A stretch of DNA of 64,000 nucleotides from a virus: positions 11,891 to 75,890 of IMG/VR virus record IMGVR_UViG_3300020733_000013. One strand, written 5' to 3'. Position 1 is the first letter of the stretch. Every line of letters starts with the position of its first letter. A program made the position numbers and the translations under genes. Shown here piece after piece: positions 18,909-29,772 of this stretch. Below the pieces are notes generated by a model, which saw nothing but the letters and a program-made list of their open reading frames with translations, was not told where the DNA came from and made no database searches.

Positions 18909-19397
18909 ATGACCAAGAAATTAAGTGAACTTTTTGACCTACCCCCTTCTGATGATAATGTCAATGAAGAATTGATAGAAGCGGAACAGGTTCAAGAAGT
19001 TACACAAGAAGCATATTCAAATTTAGAAAAAATTGAGAATGCACTACCACAAGTTCGTGGATTAGAGGCCAGTGACACTGAGATGGATACACTTGCACAA
19101 TTAGCAACGGAAAGCTACAAAGACTTAATGGACTTGGGAATGCAAGTTGATAGCCGTTTTGCTAGTGAAATATTCAACAGTGCTGGAACTATGTTAGGTC
19201 ATGCTATCACGGCAAAGACCGCAAAGATTAACAAGAAACTTAAGATGCTAGATTTGCAACTTAAGAAAGCAGCACTTGACCAAAAAGTTGCAGCAAAAAC
19301 TGAAGAAATTGAGAATGTACCTGTTGGAGAAGGTAGCTTAGTAGACCGTAATGAACTACTGAAAACTATTCTGGCAAGTAAAAAACAAGACAAGTGA
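18909..19397 (+). CDS. Hypothetical coiled-coil protein (possible terminase small subunit)
   Basis: Helical 162 aa ending LVDRNELLK, in head-gene context; functional call is tentative. Confidence 0.45.
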   Translation: MTKKLSELFDLPPSDDNVNEELIEAEQVQEVTQEAYSNLEKIENALPQVRGLEASDTEMDTLAQLATESYKDLMDLGMQVDSRFASEIFNSAGTMLGHAITAKTAKINKKLKMLDLQLKKAALDQKVAAKTEEIENVPVGEGSLVDRNELLKTILASKKQDK

Positions 19398-19423
19398 TAA
19401 ATAATTAATACAGGAATTAAACA

Positions 19424-20041
19424 ATGAAAAGCCTACGTCATTATCTAATGGAAAGTGTCAGAACATATCGTTACACGATTAAAATCGCTGGCGATGTCGA
19501 TAAGAATTTTATCGACTTGTTCACACACAATCTTACAAAATTCGATCCAGTAAAGATTGAAGACTCAAAAACTACTCCAGTTCAAAAAGATCCATATGGA
19601 TTTCCTGACCTACAGAATGAATCTATTACGATTATTAAAGCAGAGTTCAAGTACCCTGCAACTGAACCAATGATTCAGCAAATTGCACAATTGTTAGGTA
19701 AGAACATCAATACTGTACGTGTATTAACTACAGATTATGATGACAGTATCAACAGTGAAGCAGACAAATATGCTAATCAAATGGATGCAGAAGAAAAACA
19801 AGCATTACTAAACACTGAAACATTAGAAGATAATGGTAAAGAAGCAAGCAAAGAATATGCAAATCAATACTTAGATAAGGTTGTTCCTAAGAAGCCAAGT
19901 ATTGATATTCCTTATGCAGGCAAACAAACTCCTACTCAACCTAACAAGAGTAAAGAAGGAATCAACACAACTAGTGCTATGGGCAACGGTCGTGTTACAA
20001 TGCCAGCAAAACCACAAACAGGCTCTAGAAAGGCAGGATGA
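19424..20041 (+). CDS. Putative head-associated protein with internal-protein-like leader
   Basis: Starts MKSLRHYLMES; late box 19398-19403; SD AGGA. Confidence 0.55.
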   Translation: MKSLRHYLMESVRTYRYTIKIAGDVDKNFIDLFTHNLTKFDPVKIEDSKTTPVQKDPYGFPDLQNESITIIKAEFKYPATEPMIQQIAQLLGKNINTVRVLTTDYDDSINSEADKYANQMDAEEKQALLNTETLEDNGKEASKEYANQYLDKVVPKKPSIDIPYAGKQTPTQPNKSKEGINTTSAMGNGRVTMPAKPQTGSRKAG

Positions 20042-20280
20042 TGGTGGATTTTACTACTAGTCAATTGTCATGGATAGTAGTTGGTGCATGTGGCATTGGT
20101 GGTACTGGTTACCTCTCAATGAATGCCAATATCAACGATCTAAATACTAAGACAACAGTTATTCAAGTTAAAGCAGAAAATGCAGAATCAAAAATGAATG
20201 ACATGGGTAAACAATTAGATAGAATTGAACAAGCGTTAGCAGTATTGCAAGAAACGCAAAATAGAAAAGGATCAAAATAA
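20038..20280 (+). CDS. Small membrane protein (one TM + coiled coil)
   Basis: Hydrophobic WIVVGACGIGGTGYL followed by a heptad-like region ending KQLDRIEQAL. Confidence 0.6.
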   Translation: MMVDFTTSQLSWIVVGACGIGGTGYLSMNANINDLNTKTTVIQVKAENAESKMNDMGKQLDRIEQALAVLQETQNRKGSK

Positions 20281-22664
20281 TGGATTTTAAAAGCCTATTA
20301 CAGTCATTCGACACATTGAGCGAAGCTGAAACAAAAGATACAAAGACTGGTAGAGTCCATAAAGGTGACTATGGTAATAGTTACGATGCAGGCGAAGACC
20401 ATGAAGTTAAAAGTGCTACTGCTCCTAAAAAGGGACGTGGTCGTCCTAAGAAAGGCAGTGGCGATTCTGGCGAAGTCAAATCATACGATACTAAATCAAT
20501 TGGTAATGTGTTTGGTGCTGGTTCAAAGCCAAACAAGTCAGTTGGAACAGTTTCTAAAAAGCATTCATTAAAAGAATATATTGAAAGTGTTGAATCTAGT
20601 AAACAACTAGATGAAGCAGTTATTGCTCCTACTCAACCAACAAATGGTATGGGTGGAAAACAAACTAGTTCTGGTAACCCACAACAAGATGCACAAAAAA
20701 ATGCAGCAATTAGCAACAATGCTAGAACAGCAATTAGTAAGTTAAGCAATGCTGGAATTAGTATTCCTAACAAATCACAAGCTGCAAATACAGCAATGAA
20801 GGCAGCGATACAACCAAATGCTCAACCAACTCCGCAAGACAAAGATGCTGAAATGAATTTAGCAGCACAAGTAAATAATTTACTTTCAAAAGCTCCTGAA
20901 AGTCAAGTTGACCAATTTACAAACGTTATTAAACAAATGACAAAATCTGCGGCTCCATCAGGATTATCAGAAGAAGCAGTTGAAGAGGGCAAAGACGAAG
21001 GCAAGCCAGGTAAGAACTTTGCTAAGATTGCCAAGTCAGCAGGTGCACATTATGGTTCAAAAGCTGCTGGCGAACGTGTAGCAGGTGCAGTTCGTGCTAA
21101 GTTAATGAAACAAGGTAAACTTGAAGAATCTGCCGAAGAAAAATCATACACATGTGTACATGCTAAAAAAGGTAAATGTGAAGTAACTGCTACCACGAGC
21201 TATGATGCGGCTAAAAAGGCAGCAGCTAAATGGAAACTCAACAGCACATCTGGAATTGATGCACACTTAAACACAACAAAAGTTGCAGTAGATGAAGCAG
21301 CTAAGCCAGACTTCTTAGACATGGACAAAGACGGTAACAAGAAAGAAAGTTTCAAGAAAGCCGTAAATGATAAAAAGTCTAAAAAGAAAGTAGCTGAAAG
21401 CCGCATTCACGAAGATTCAGATTATACATATGAAACGGTTGCTAAAGTATTGGCACGTGAGAAGCCAGGATTGAATACTAGTTCAGATGATTTTTCAAGT
21501 GCAGTTTACCATGAACTAATTGCTATTGGTATGACTCCAAAATCAGCACATAACTTAATGAGTTTCAATGAAGACTTTTTGAGTGATGTAGCAACATCAT
21601 ATGAGCACTATCAAACAAACCCATCATTAGATGAAGGTGCAACTGAAGATTTTGCACAAAAAGCTCCTGGAATCAAGCCAAGCAAAGTTGTTCAAGTTCC
21701 AGCAAAACAAGAACCTACTCCATGGAAAGTAGATCCAATTAACGCGGCTACAGATAGAGCATACAATTTTATCTCTAACTTACGCAAAGACAAAACATTT
21801 GAAAGTGACGATATGAAAGACGTACAATTTGAAAGCTGGGAAAAACAGCTAAACGGTTTATTGAATGAAGGTATCACAGTATCAACAAGTACTGGTCAGC
21901 AAGGTGCTCCTGATTCAGTAAGCATCAATGCAACTGATGCAGACGCAGAACAACTATTGTCAGTACTACGTACTGCTGGTGTTGGCGTATTTGGTGGCAA
22001 CGAAAAACCAGAAATTGGTTACGGTGTAGCGCAAGGTGGTGAAGAAGAACCAACAGGTACAGGTACAGAACCAGAAGCAGCTCCGGAAGTAGTTGGTGAC
22101 GAAGGCGACATGTTAGCATTGATTAAGAAAATGGCTGGTATGGGTGATGAAGGTTCATCACACGGTGGTGACTATGAAGATGAAGAAAGTTCAGAAGAAT
22201 CACAAGATGGTACATTAGAACCAGCTAGTGCAGATGACGAAGAATCTGATGACGAGGAAGAAGAACAAACTGATGAAGGTAATGCTTTCACTGGTAAATT
22301 GAAAGACACACCAAAAGGTGGAGAATTCAAAATGGGTGATAAAGAGTACAAAGACACAAGTTCTATTGAAGAAAACGAAGAAATGTGTGATGAATGCGGT
22401 TACACTATGAACGAGTGTGAATGTGAACATGAACACGGTGACGAAGACCAAGTTGAAGAATGCTGGGCTAACGATGCAGGTGGTGACGCTGAAGGTGGTA
22501 CAGAATTGATGAAACTAAAAGCATTGTTGAGCATGGGCAATGACTTGCACAAAATGAAACGTAGTCAGTCTGTTGGTAATCCAACAAAAGTCACAATGGA
22601 AGATACATTGATGAAAAACTCAACAGAAATGTTGACTGACTGGAAAAAGTTAAGCGGAATCTAA
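20280..22664 (+). CDS. Acidic modular head-internal / scaffold-like polyprotein
   Basis: More than 10 (L/V/I)xE linkers (LSEA, LDEA, VEEG, LEES, VDEA, VAES, IHED, LDEG, LNEG), AT-hook KGRGRPKK, EF-hand-like DMDKDGNKKE, E/D-rich tail. Confidence 0.6.
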   Translation: MDFKSLLQSFDTLSEAETKDTKTGRVHKGDYGNSYDAGEDHEVKSATAPKKGRGRPKKGSGDSGEVKSYDTKSIGNVFGAGSKPNKSVGTVSKKHSLKEYIESVESSKQLDEAVIAPTQPTNGMGGKQTSSGNPQQDAQKNAAISNNARTAISKLSNAGISIPNKSQAANTAMKAAIQPNAQPTPQDKDAEMNLAAQVNNLLSKAPESQVDQFTNVIKQMTKSAAPSGLSEEAVEEGKDEGKPGKNFAKIAKSAGAHYGSKAAGERVAGAVRAKLMKQGKLEESAEEKSYTCVHAKKGKCEVTATTSYDAAKKAAAKWKLNSTSGIDAHLNTTKVAVDEAAKPDFLDMDKDGNKKESFKKAVNDKKSKKKVAESRIHEDSDYTYETVAKVLAREKPGLNTSSDDFSSAVYHELIAIGMTPKSAHNLMSFNEDFLSDVATSYEHYQTNPSLDEGATEDFAQKAPGIKPSKVVQVPAKQEPTPWKVDPINAATDRAYNFISNLRKDKTFESDDMKDVQFESWEKQLNGLLNEGITVSTSTGQQGAPDSVSINATDADAEQLLSVLRTAGVGVFGGNEKPEIGYGVAQGGEEEPTGTGTEPEAAPEVVGDEGDMLALIKKMAGMGDEGSSHGGDYEDEESSEESQDGTLEPASADDEESDDEEEEQTDEGNAFTGKLKDTPKGGEFKMGDKEYKDTSSIEENEEMCDECGYTMNECECEHEHGDEDQVEECWANDAGGDAEGGTELMKLKALLSMGNDLHKMKRSQSVGNPTKVTMEDTLMKNSTEMLTDWKKLSGI

Positions 22665-22685
22665 AAACAAAAAATCCGCATTTTG

Positions 22686-22713
22686 AATAGCCCGCTAGTC
22701 GGGCTATTTTTTT
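22686..22713 (+). terminator. Intrinsic terminator
   Basis: AATAGCCCG-CTAGT-CGGGCTATT followed by a T run. Confidence 0.85.
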
Positions 22714-22764
22714 GGGTTGCATAGACCTTTGTAAACGATAAATACGTAATAAGGTGAACTAAAT

Positions 22765-25700
22765 ATGGCACAACAGATTATTGACTTTGGAGCATTTCCA
22801 AACGATCCAACAGCAGATCCAATTAGAGATGCATTCGCAAAGGTACAAAACAATTTTACAGACTTATACTCAACTGTTTTAAGTACGGGTGTTACCGCAG
22901 TTGATGTAGGTGAAGGTCTATCACAAAACAGAAATACTGGTAACATCATTATCAATACTAATTTTCCTAGTATTACTATTCGCACAGGCCCTGGATTATT
23001 AGTTGGTATTACAAACCCAACAAGCAATAGCACAACTATTTCATCATACAATACACCTTTTACAATTGCATTAGACCAAACAATTAACACAAGTAATGCA
23101 CAGTTTTCAAACACCACTACAGGTAATCTATTAGTCACTAACTTTGTTCAAGGTGACTTTGTGCCATCTGGTAACATGGTCCACAGTTTAGGAACACCTA
23201 CCAATCGTTGGAAAGACTTATGGATTAGTGGTAATACCATTAATGCCGGAGACGCTCAAATTAAGAGTAATGGAGCTAATGTTCTTCTACCAAATACTAC
23301 TATTAGCGGAACATTGGATGTAGGTACTGTTACTGCCACATACATGAGTGGTACATTAACATCAAGTAGTCAACCAAATATTACTAGTGTCGGTGTTCTT
23401 GATAATTTATCAGTATCAGGTGATATTAGTTCAGGTAATTTGTCAGTATCAGGTGACCTACAAGCAGCAGCATTAACTGTTACTGGACAATTCAGTGCAG
23501 GTACTATTACAGGTAATATTGTATTACCACCCGGTGCTACAATTCAAGCTCCTGGTTCAGACACACAATTATTGTTTAACAGTGGTGGCAACACTGCTGC
23601 CGCAACAGGTGTCACGTTTAATCAGTCATCTGGTTTATTAAGTATTGCTGGTAACGTTGCTGGTGGTAATTTAGTAACAGGCGGTCTATTAAGTGTAAGT
23701 GGACAGGCAAACTTACAAGGTGGAGTGATTGCACCAAGTGCTAACGTAACTGGAACAATGAACGTTGGTATTATGATTACACCAAACATTACAGGTTTGA
23801 ACGGTTTATTAACTGTTACTGGTAATGCAAGTATTGGAAACATCACTGCTGTGAGTAGTATCACCGGTGGTGTCATTTCTATGAGTGGTGATATTAGTGG
23901 TGCAAACTTAGTAGGTAGCGGAGCATTACAAATTACAGGTGTTGCAAACGCAGGCGCACTAACAACACCAGGAACATTAAATGTTACCGGAACAAGTAAC
24001 TTAGGCAACACAGTTATCAATGGTACATTAACTGGTCCATCAAATATTATTACAGTTAACGGAAACTTAACTGGTGCAACATTAATTTCTTCTAACATCA
24101 TTAACATTACTGCTAATGCAAACTTAGGTAATGTTATCACACCGGGTATTGTTCGTGCAAGTAGTTCAATCACTGGTTTGTCATTTGTATCAAATACAAC
24201 AATCACTGCAAGCAACACTATTACTGGTGGTAACTTGTTTACTGCTGGAACATTGACAGCAGGTGATACTACTGTTAATAACCATACAGTAAACGGTACA
24301 TTGACTGCTAACAGTACAATGATTGTTAATGGCACATTGACCGCTTACAATATATTGACGGCAAACTCAGGACTAAACACATTTGGTACATTAACAGCTA
24401 ATGGTCCTGCATACTTCAATAACTCATTCACTACAAACGGAACATTCAACGCTAACGGTGCTTTTGTTGCATACAGTACGTTAACAGCTAATGGTGCATT
24501 CACTGCTAATAGTACTATCCAAGCTAATGGACAGATTTCTAGTAATGCAAACATATCTGGTGCAAACTTAACTACTGGTGGTATATTATTTGCCAATGGA
24601 CAAATCACAAGTAATGCAAACATTAACGGTGTTAACTTAATTACAAACGGTGTTGTTCGTGCATCAAGCCATGTTATCACTAGCGGAAACGTATACACTA
24701 ACGGATTGACTGCTAACTCAGATATTAACGTAAATAATGGTTCAAACTTAACAGCACAGGGTGCTATTAGAGCTATTGCAGCATTGCGTGGTGGTACTGT
24801 TTATTCAGATGGTATATTGAATGCAACAGGTGGTATCACTGGTGCTACAATGACATCCAATGGTGCAATATCAGCACTTGGATTAGTAACAGCAAACGCT
24901 GGTATGAATATTCCAAATGGTATATTAAGTGTTGCTAACGATGCAAACGTATTAGGTAACCATAGTGTTTATGGAACATTACTTGCTAATGCCGTATTCA
25001 ATAGTGTAGGTCCATTGAATTCATACGGTGGATTAACTGCTAACAGTACAGTATTGATTACTGCAAATGGAACATTCACTGCGAATGGACCAGCATACTT
25101 CAATAACGCATTTACAACAAATGGTTCATTCACTGCAAATAATGCATTAACTGCTAATGGTACACTAACAGCTAATGGAACAGCTACATTCAATAATACG
25201 TTTCAAGCATACGGTGCAATGCAAGCAAATAGCACATTCACTGCTAATGGACAAATCACTAGTAACGCAAACGTTCAAGGCGCTAACTTGTATACAGGTG
25301 GTAGACTAACTGTATTGCAAAATGCAAACATTGGTAACATTGGTACAACAAACATTGTTGCAACTGGTAATGCAAACGTTAATGGTGCGTTGTTTGCAAA
25401 TGGTAACATCCAAGGTGCTAACTTATCCGCAAATGGCAACATATTTGTTTCAGGCAACAGTAATATTACAGGTAATAGTGTAATGTATGGTTACCATACA
25501 GTAACTGGTAACATCACTGGTGGTAATTTAATAACATTAGGTACTGCCAACGTAGGTAGTTTACAAACAACAGGTAACATTACAAGTGGTAACATAACTG
25601 TTGGTGGAAATATTGGTGTAACTAATATTCTTGGATCGGGAAATATCCAAGGTGCTAACATTATTACTGGTGGTTTAGTAAATGCCGTTGGTACCATAAC

Positions 25701-26958
25701 CGGTGCAAGTTTTATCACTGCGGGTACATTGAATGCAAACGGAGCAGTTGTATCTAATGCAAACGTGAGTGGTGCAAACTTAACAACCAATGGTTTGGTA
25801 AGTTCAAATACACTAGTAACAAGTAATAATGCAACTATTGGTGGAAATTTAAGTGGAGCAAACTTAACAACAAGTGGTTTGGTAAGTTCAAATACATTAA
25901 CTACTACAAACAATGCAACAATTGGTGGAAATCACTTAGTATTAGTCAATAGTAGAACAGTTGGAAATCAAAACGTAGGTGTTGCTATCACTACTACTGC
26001 CGCAGCAAACGTGGGTGGGGTAAGAACTATTAGTTTCGCAGATCAAGGATATATTCCTTTTGCTAGTGGAACAACAATTTATGTTTCTGGAGTTGTGCCA
26101 AGTGGATACAACGGAACTTACACAGTTCAAACAGGAACAAGTTCAAGTGTAAGTTATACCGGTGGCACTGGTACTGGTTCTCAAACTGGTGCAGGTCAAG
26201 TTACAAATAATAGTTCACTGACAGTCGTTGGGAACATTTCATCAGGTAACATTACAGTAGGTGGAAATATTGTTGCAGGTAATGTTAATGGTAATATTTT
26301 CAAAGCAACGAACTTGTTGGGCGAGGGTGGTAATTTAAGCAACATCAATGCATCAAACGTTGTTGGTGTAGTTAGTACTGCAAATTTTGCAAGTTTTTCA
26401 ACCAACGCAACTTTTGCAAGTAATGCAACTTTTGCAACTAATGCAAGTAATGCAGCTTTTGCAACTAATGCAGGTAATGCAACAACAGTTCTTGGATCAA
26501 CACAAACTAATATTACAACAGTTGGTACACTAACTGGATTGTCAGTTAGTGGTGCATTTAACGGTAGCAACATCACTGCAACAGGTAATATTGGTGGTAC
26601 AAATATTACTGCTAGTGGATTTGTTGTCAGAAGTTCAACATCAGGATTGACTGCAACAGGAACAACACAAGGTACAGCACTTGTATTAACAACGCAGATT
26701 AATGTGATTACAACATCAGTTTATGGTACTAATGATTCAGTAAGATTACCAACAATCACACCTGGTATTACTGCATTGATTATCAATGCATCTAGTGCAA
26801 ACATTAGAGTATGGCCTACACCAAGTACAGTTATTGATAGTTTAGGTACTACTGGTTCACCGCAAGCGTTTATAGTTGGACCCGGAGTAAAAATTGAATT
26901 CGTTGCAACATCATTGTCACAATGGTATTCATTAGTTGGATATGCAGTATACAGTTAA
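22765..26958 (+). CDS. Long tail fibre-like protein with N-terminal baseplate anchor
   Basis: N-terminal IDFG..PND.TADPIRDAFAKVQNNF.DLY (T4 gp9/gp10-like anchor); SLGTPTNRWKDLW; extensive LTANG/ITGGNL beta-repeats. Confidence 0.8.
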   Translation: MAQQIIDFGAFPNDPTADPIRDAFAKVQNNFTDLYSTVLSTGVTAVDVGEGLSQNRNTGNIIINTNFPSITIRTGPGLLVGITNPTSNSTTISSYNTPFTIALDQTINTSNAQFSNTTTGNLLVTNFVQGDFVPSGNMVHSLGTPTNRWKDLWISGNTINAGDAQIKSNGANVLLPNTTISGTLDVGTVTATYMSGTLTSSSQPNITSVGVLDNLSVSGDISSGNLSVSGDLQAAALTVTGQFSAGTITGNIVLPPGATIQAPGSDTQLLFNSGGNTAAATGVTFNQSSGLLSIAGNVAGGNLVTGGLLSVSGQANLQGGVIAPSANVTGTMNVGIMITPNITGLNGLLTVTGNASIGNITAVSSITGGVISMSGDISGANLVGSGALQITGVANAGALTTPGTLNVTGTSNLGNTVINGTLTGPSNIITVNGNLTGATLISSNIINITANANLGNVITPGIVRASSSITGLSFVSNTTITASNTITGGNLFTAGTLTAGDTTVNNHTVNGTLTANSTMIVNGTLTAYNILTANSGLNTFGTLTANGPAYFNNSFTTNGTFNANGAFVAYSTLTANGAFTANSTIQANGQISSNANISGANLTTGGILFANGQITSNANINGVNLITNGVVRASSHVITSGNVYTNGLTANSDINVNNGSNLTAQGAIRAIAALRGGTVYSDGILNATGGITGATMTSNGAISALGLVTANAGMNIPNGILSVANDANVLGNHSVYGTLLANAVFNSVGPLNSYGGLTANSTVLITANGTFTANGPAYFNNAFTTNGSFTANNALTANGTLTANGTATFNNTFQAYGAMQANSTFTANGQITSNANVQGANLYTGGRLTVLQNANIGNIGTTNIVATGNANVNGALFANGNIQGANLSANGNIFVSGNSNITGNSVMYGYHTVTGNITGGNLITLGTANVGSLQTTGNITSGNITVGGNIGVTNILGSGNIQGANIITGGLVNAVGTITGASFITAGTLNANGAVVSNANVSGANLTTNGLVSSNTLVTSNNATIGGNLSGANLTTSGLVSSNTLTTTNNATIGGNHLVLVNSRTVGNQNVGVAITTTAAANVGGVRTISFADQGYIPFASGTTIYVSGVVPSGYNGTYTVQTGTSSSVSYTGGTGTGSQTGAGQVTNNSSLTVVGNISSGNITVGGNIVAGNVNGNIFKATNLLGEGGNLSNINASNVVGVVSTANFASFSTNATFASNATFATNASNAAFATNAGNATTVLGSTQTNITTVGTLTGLSVSGAFNGSNITATGNIGGTNITASGFVVRSSTSGLTATGTTQGTALVLTTQINVITTSVYGTNDSVRLPTITPGITALIINASSANIRVWPTPSTVIDSLGTTGSPQAFIVGPGVKIEFVATSLSQWYSLVGYAVYS

Positions 26959-26967
26959 GGAGAAAAC

Positions 26968-27588
26968 ATGATTACTTTAGAGATATTACAAAAACTTTGT
27001 CCAAAGACAAAAGTACAGACGTTGCAATTATATGCGACACCCATGCATGAAGTAGCTCAATACTACAACATGTATGACAACATGAAACGTGCAGCAGCGT
27101 TTGCAGCGCAAACAGCACACGAATCAGGTGGTTTTAATTTTGTGAAAGAGAACTTAAACTATTCAGCAGATGGCCTGCAAAAAATATTTCACAAATACTT
27201 CTCAGATGCAGGAGTAGCACAAGAATATGCAAAAAAACCTGAAAAGATTGCTAACCGTGTTTATGCTAATCGTATGGGCAATGGCCCTGAAGAATCAGGT
27301 GACGGATATCGTTTCTGTGGTCGTGGGCTTATTCAATTGACAGGTCGCACAAACTACACTAAGTTTGCACAAGATTTGGGTATCAGCGTTGACGATTGTG
27401 TAGCATATATGGAAACACCAGAAGGTGCCGTATCTAGTGCAGGTTGGTTTTGGGACAATAACAACTTGAATCAATATTGTGATGGTGATGATTTTGTTAC
27501 ATTGACAAAACGTATCAATGGTGGAACTATTGGAATCGAAGATAGACAACAACACTACACATTAGCATTGCAATTGTTACAAGGATAA
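26968..27588 (+). CDS. Glycoside hydrolase family 19 (chitinase-class) lysin
   Basis: AQTAHESGGF..ENLNYS, GDGYRFCGRGLIQLTGRTNY, SAGWFW, TKRINGGTIG. Confidence 0.9.
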   Translation: MITLEILQKLCPKTKVQTLQLYATPMHEVAQYYNMYDNMKRAAAFAAQTAHESGGFNFVKENLNYSADGLQKIFHKYFSDAGVAQEYAKKPEKIANRVYANRMGNGPEESGDGYRFCGRGLIQLTGRTNYTKFAQDLGISVDDCVAYMETPEGAVSSAGWFWDNNNLNQYCDGDDFVTLTKRINGGTIGIEDRQQHYTLALQLLQG

Positions 27589-27589
27589 T

Positions 27590-29752
27590 ATGAGTCTACC
27601 AGTTTGGCAAACACCCGCAGGTGCCTTAGGAACACATCCAACACAAGATGTAGTTAATATTCAACTATACGCTACTCCTGTATTTCCTGGCACACTTATA
27701 ACCTACGCTTTCTTAAGTGGTGAATTGCCTATTGGTATAAGTTTAAGTACTATTGGAACAATTTCAGGAACTATTGGTAATGTAACATCTGAAACAGTTT
27801 ATAACTTCACAGTAAGAGCAACGGATGAATATGGAAGTTTCAGAGACAGAAGTTTTTCACTAACCGTTGTTCAAGCAAACAGTCCAAAATTTACTACACC
27901 GAGCGGAGTGATACTGGTATCATACGATAGCACATACATTGACTATACCATTCAGTATTATAATCCTGATCCAACTAATGTCGTTACAGTAACTCAATCA
28001 AGTGGATTATTACCTGATGGTTTGTACCTAACAAGTGATGGGCATATCAAAGGGTATGCATTACCACCATTTACAGTTGACCGTAGCCCAGCAGAAACTA
28101 CATTCACTTTTACTTTGCAAATTCATAGTGCATTAGGATCAGATGTTTCTTCCTACTCAATTACTATCATTAACCAGATATTAGTAAACTCATATAACTC
28201 ACGCAGCCCTGTTATATTGAATAGTCAACCAATGGTTGAGCCAGTATCATCTGACCCATACTATGCTTATTATACTTCAAATAATGTAATTCCATTCACT
28301 AGAGGTAATGAACAATTTTCATTCAAAATTTTAGGACATGACTTTGATGGTTCAGGTGTATCTTATTTGTTTGGAGCACTTCCTCAAGGGTTAACAGGTG
28401 ATAGTGTTACTGGTTGGATTACTGGTTCTCCTGTAATGTTAGCTGAGAGTATCAATCAATTTACGTTTGATGTAACTGTTGTAAAATTATCAAACTCATC
28501 TATTACAAGCGGAAAAGAATCTTTTAGCGTAGTGATATCAAACAATATTCCTGAAGATATCATTTGGAATACTGATAGTAACTTGGGAACTATTTTGAAT
28601 GGACAACAAAGTCTGTTAACGTTAAGTGCAACGTCAGCTAAATTTTTAGAATACTACCTAGTTGAAGGTTCATTGCCGCCTAATTTGGGTTTATTGCCAA
28701 CTGGCGAAATTATTGGAAGAGTCTCGTATCAACCAGAGTCAACATATGTTTTAGATGGAACACAAACTACGTTTAGTTTTACCGTTCGTGCATTTAGTCC
28801 TGAATTTACCTTATTACAATCATATAAAAATTTTACTATAACAGTAGATCATTACTTTGATAAACCTACAGAAAATATTTATTTGAAAGCAGCACCTGCA
28901 TTTTCAGGAAGACAAATCATTCAATCATTATTGACAAACGAATCATTGATACCTTCACAATACTTGTTTAGACCTAATGATCCTAACTTTGGTAAAGCAA
29001 AAGATGTTAGATATGTTCATGCTTATGGGATGACTCCTAGTAAAGCAGAAGCATATATTAATGCAATTTCTCAAAATCACTATAATAGAAAACTAATATT
29101 AGGCCCATTACAAACTGCGGTGGCAAGTGATACAAATGGAAACATCATTTACGAAGTAGTTTATAGTCCAATCATTGATGACCTAATTAAGAGTGACAAT
29201 ACAACACTACCACAAACTGTTGTAGTAGAGCAAACAATTTCGTTGCAAGAAGGTCCTTGGACCGTATCAAATAATGACATTTATACCAGCTATACATACA
29301 ATGCTGATGGTTATTACTATACTAGTTTAACTCCGGGATATGTAGATAAACTATATCCGGGTAGTTTAATTAATATGCGTAATCAGGTTACAAGTGTGAT
29401 AAGTCAGAATACGGATAAAAAACTGTTACCATTATGGATGACAACACAGCAAACAGGCATCAGTACTTTGGGGTTTGTTCAAGCATGGGTAGTTTGTTAT
29501 ACGTTACCAGGATACTCAACACCAATCAAAAATAATATTGAAGCTAATTGGGGACATACATTAAACGAAATAGACTTTAGTGTAGATAGATACTTGATTG
29601 ATAAGAGTGCCACTTACAACTATAACGTCAATCTAGCCAAACCACAATGGGTAGAGATTCCAGGAGATCAACCTCCACCTAACCCAAGTGATGAATATGA
29701 TTTAACAATATTGTTCCCTAGAAAAACAATATTGCCAAAAAACATTGATTAA
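27590..29752 (+). CDS. Baseplate/structural protein with repeated putative Ig domains
   Basis: Repeated SGxLPxGLxL..GxIxG..FTFTV units. Confidence 0.75.
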   Translation: MSLPVWQTPAGALGTHPTQDVVNIQLYATPVFPGTLITYAFLSGELPIGISLSTIGTISGTIGNVTSETVYNFTVRATDEYGSFRDRSFSLTVVQANSPKFTTPSGVILVSYDSTYIDYTIQYYNPDPTNVVTVTQSSGLLPDGLYLTSDGHIKGYALPPFTVDRSPAETTFTFTLQIHSALGSDVSSYSITIINQILVNSYNSRSPVILNSQPMVEPVSSDPYYAYYTSNNVIPFTRGNEQFSFKILGHDFDGSGVSYLFGALPQGLTGDSVTGWITGSPVMLAESINQFTFDVTVVKLSNSSITSGKESFSVVISNNIPEDIIWNTDSNLGTILNGQQSLLTLSATSAKFLEYYLVEGSLPPNLGLLPTGEIIGRVSYQPESTYVLDGTQTTFSFTVRAFSPEFTLLQSYKNFTITVDHYFDKPTENIYLKAAPAFSGRQIIQSLLTNESLIPSQYLFRPNDPNFGKAKDVRYVHAYGMTPSKAEAYINAISQNHYNRKLILGPLQTAVASDTNGNIIYEVVYSPIIDDLIKSDNTTLPQTVVVEQTISLQEGPWTVSNNDIYTSYTYNADGYYYTSLTPGYVDKLYPGSLINMRNQVTSVISQNTDKKLLPLWMTTQQTGISTLGFVQAWVVCYTLPGYSTPIKNNIEANWGHTLNEIDFSVDRYLIDKSATYNYNVNLAKPQWVEIPGDQPPPNPSDEYDLTILFPRKTILPKNID

Positions 29753-29772
29753 ATAATGTATGGAAACAAAAC

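Noticed and set aside
26380-26480. Short tandem repeats GCAACTTTTGCAAGTAAT
   Set aside because: They simply encode ATFASN/ATNA fibre-shaft repeats; no evidence of a separate element.
22704-26576. Many minus-strand ORFs antisense to fibre genes (also 48191-50830, 55163-57986 and others)
   Set aside because: Shadow ORFs arising from the biased codon pattern of G/T/N-rich sense genes; no RBS or recognisable motifs.
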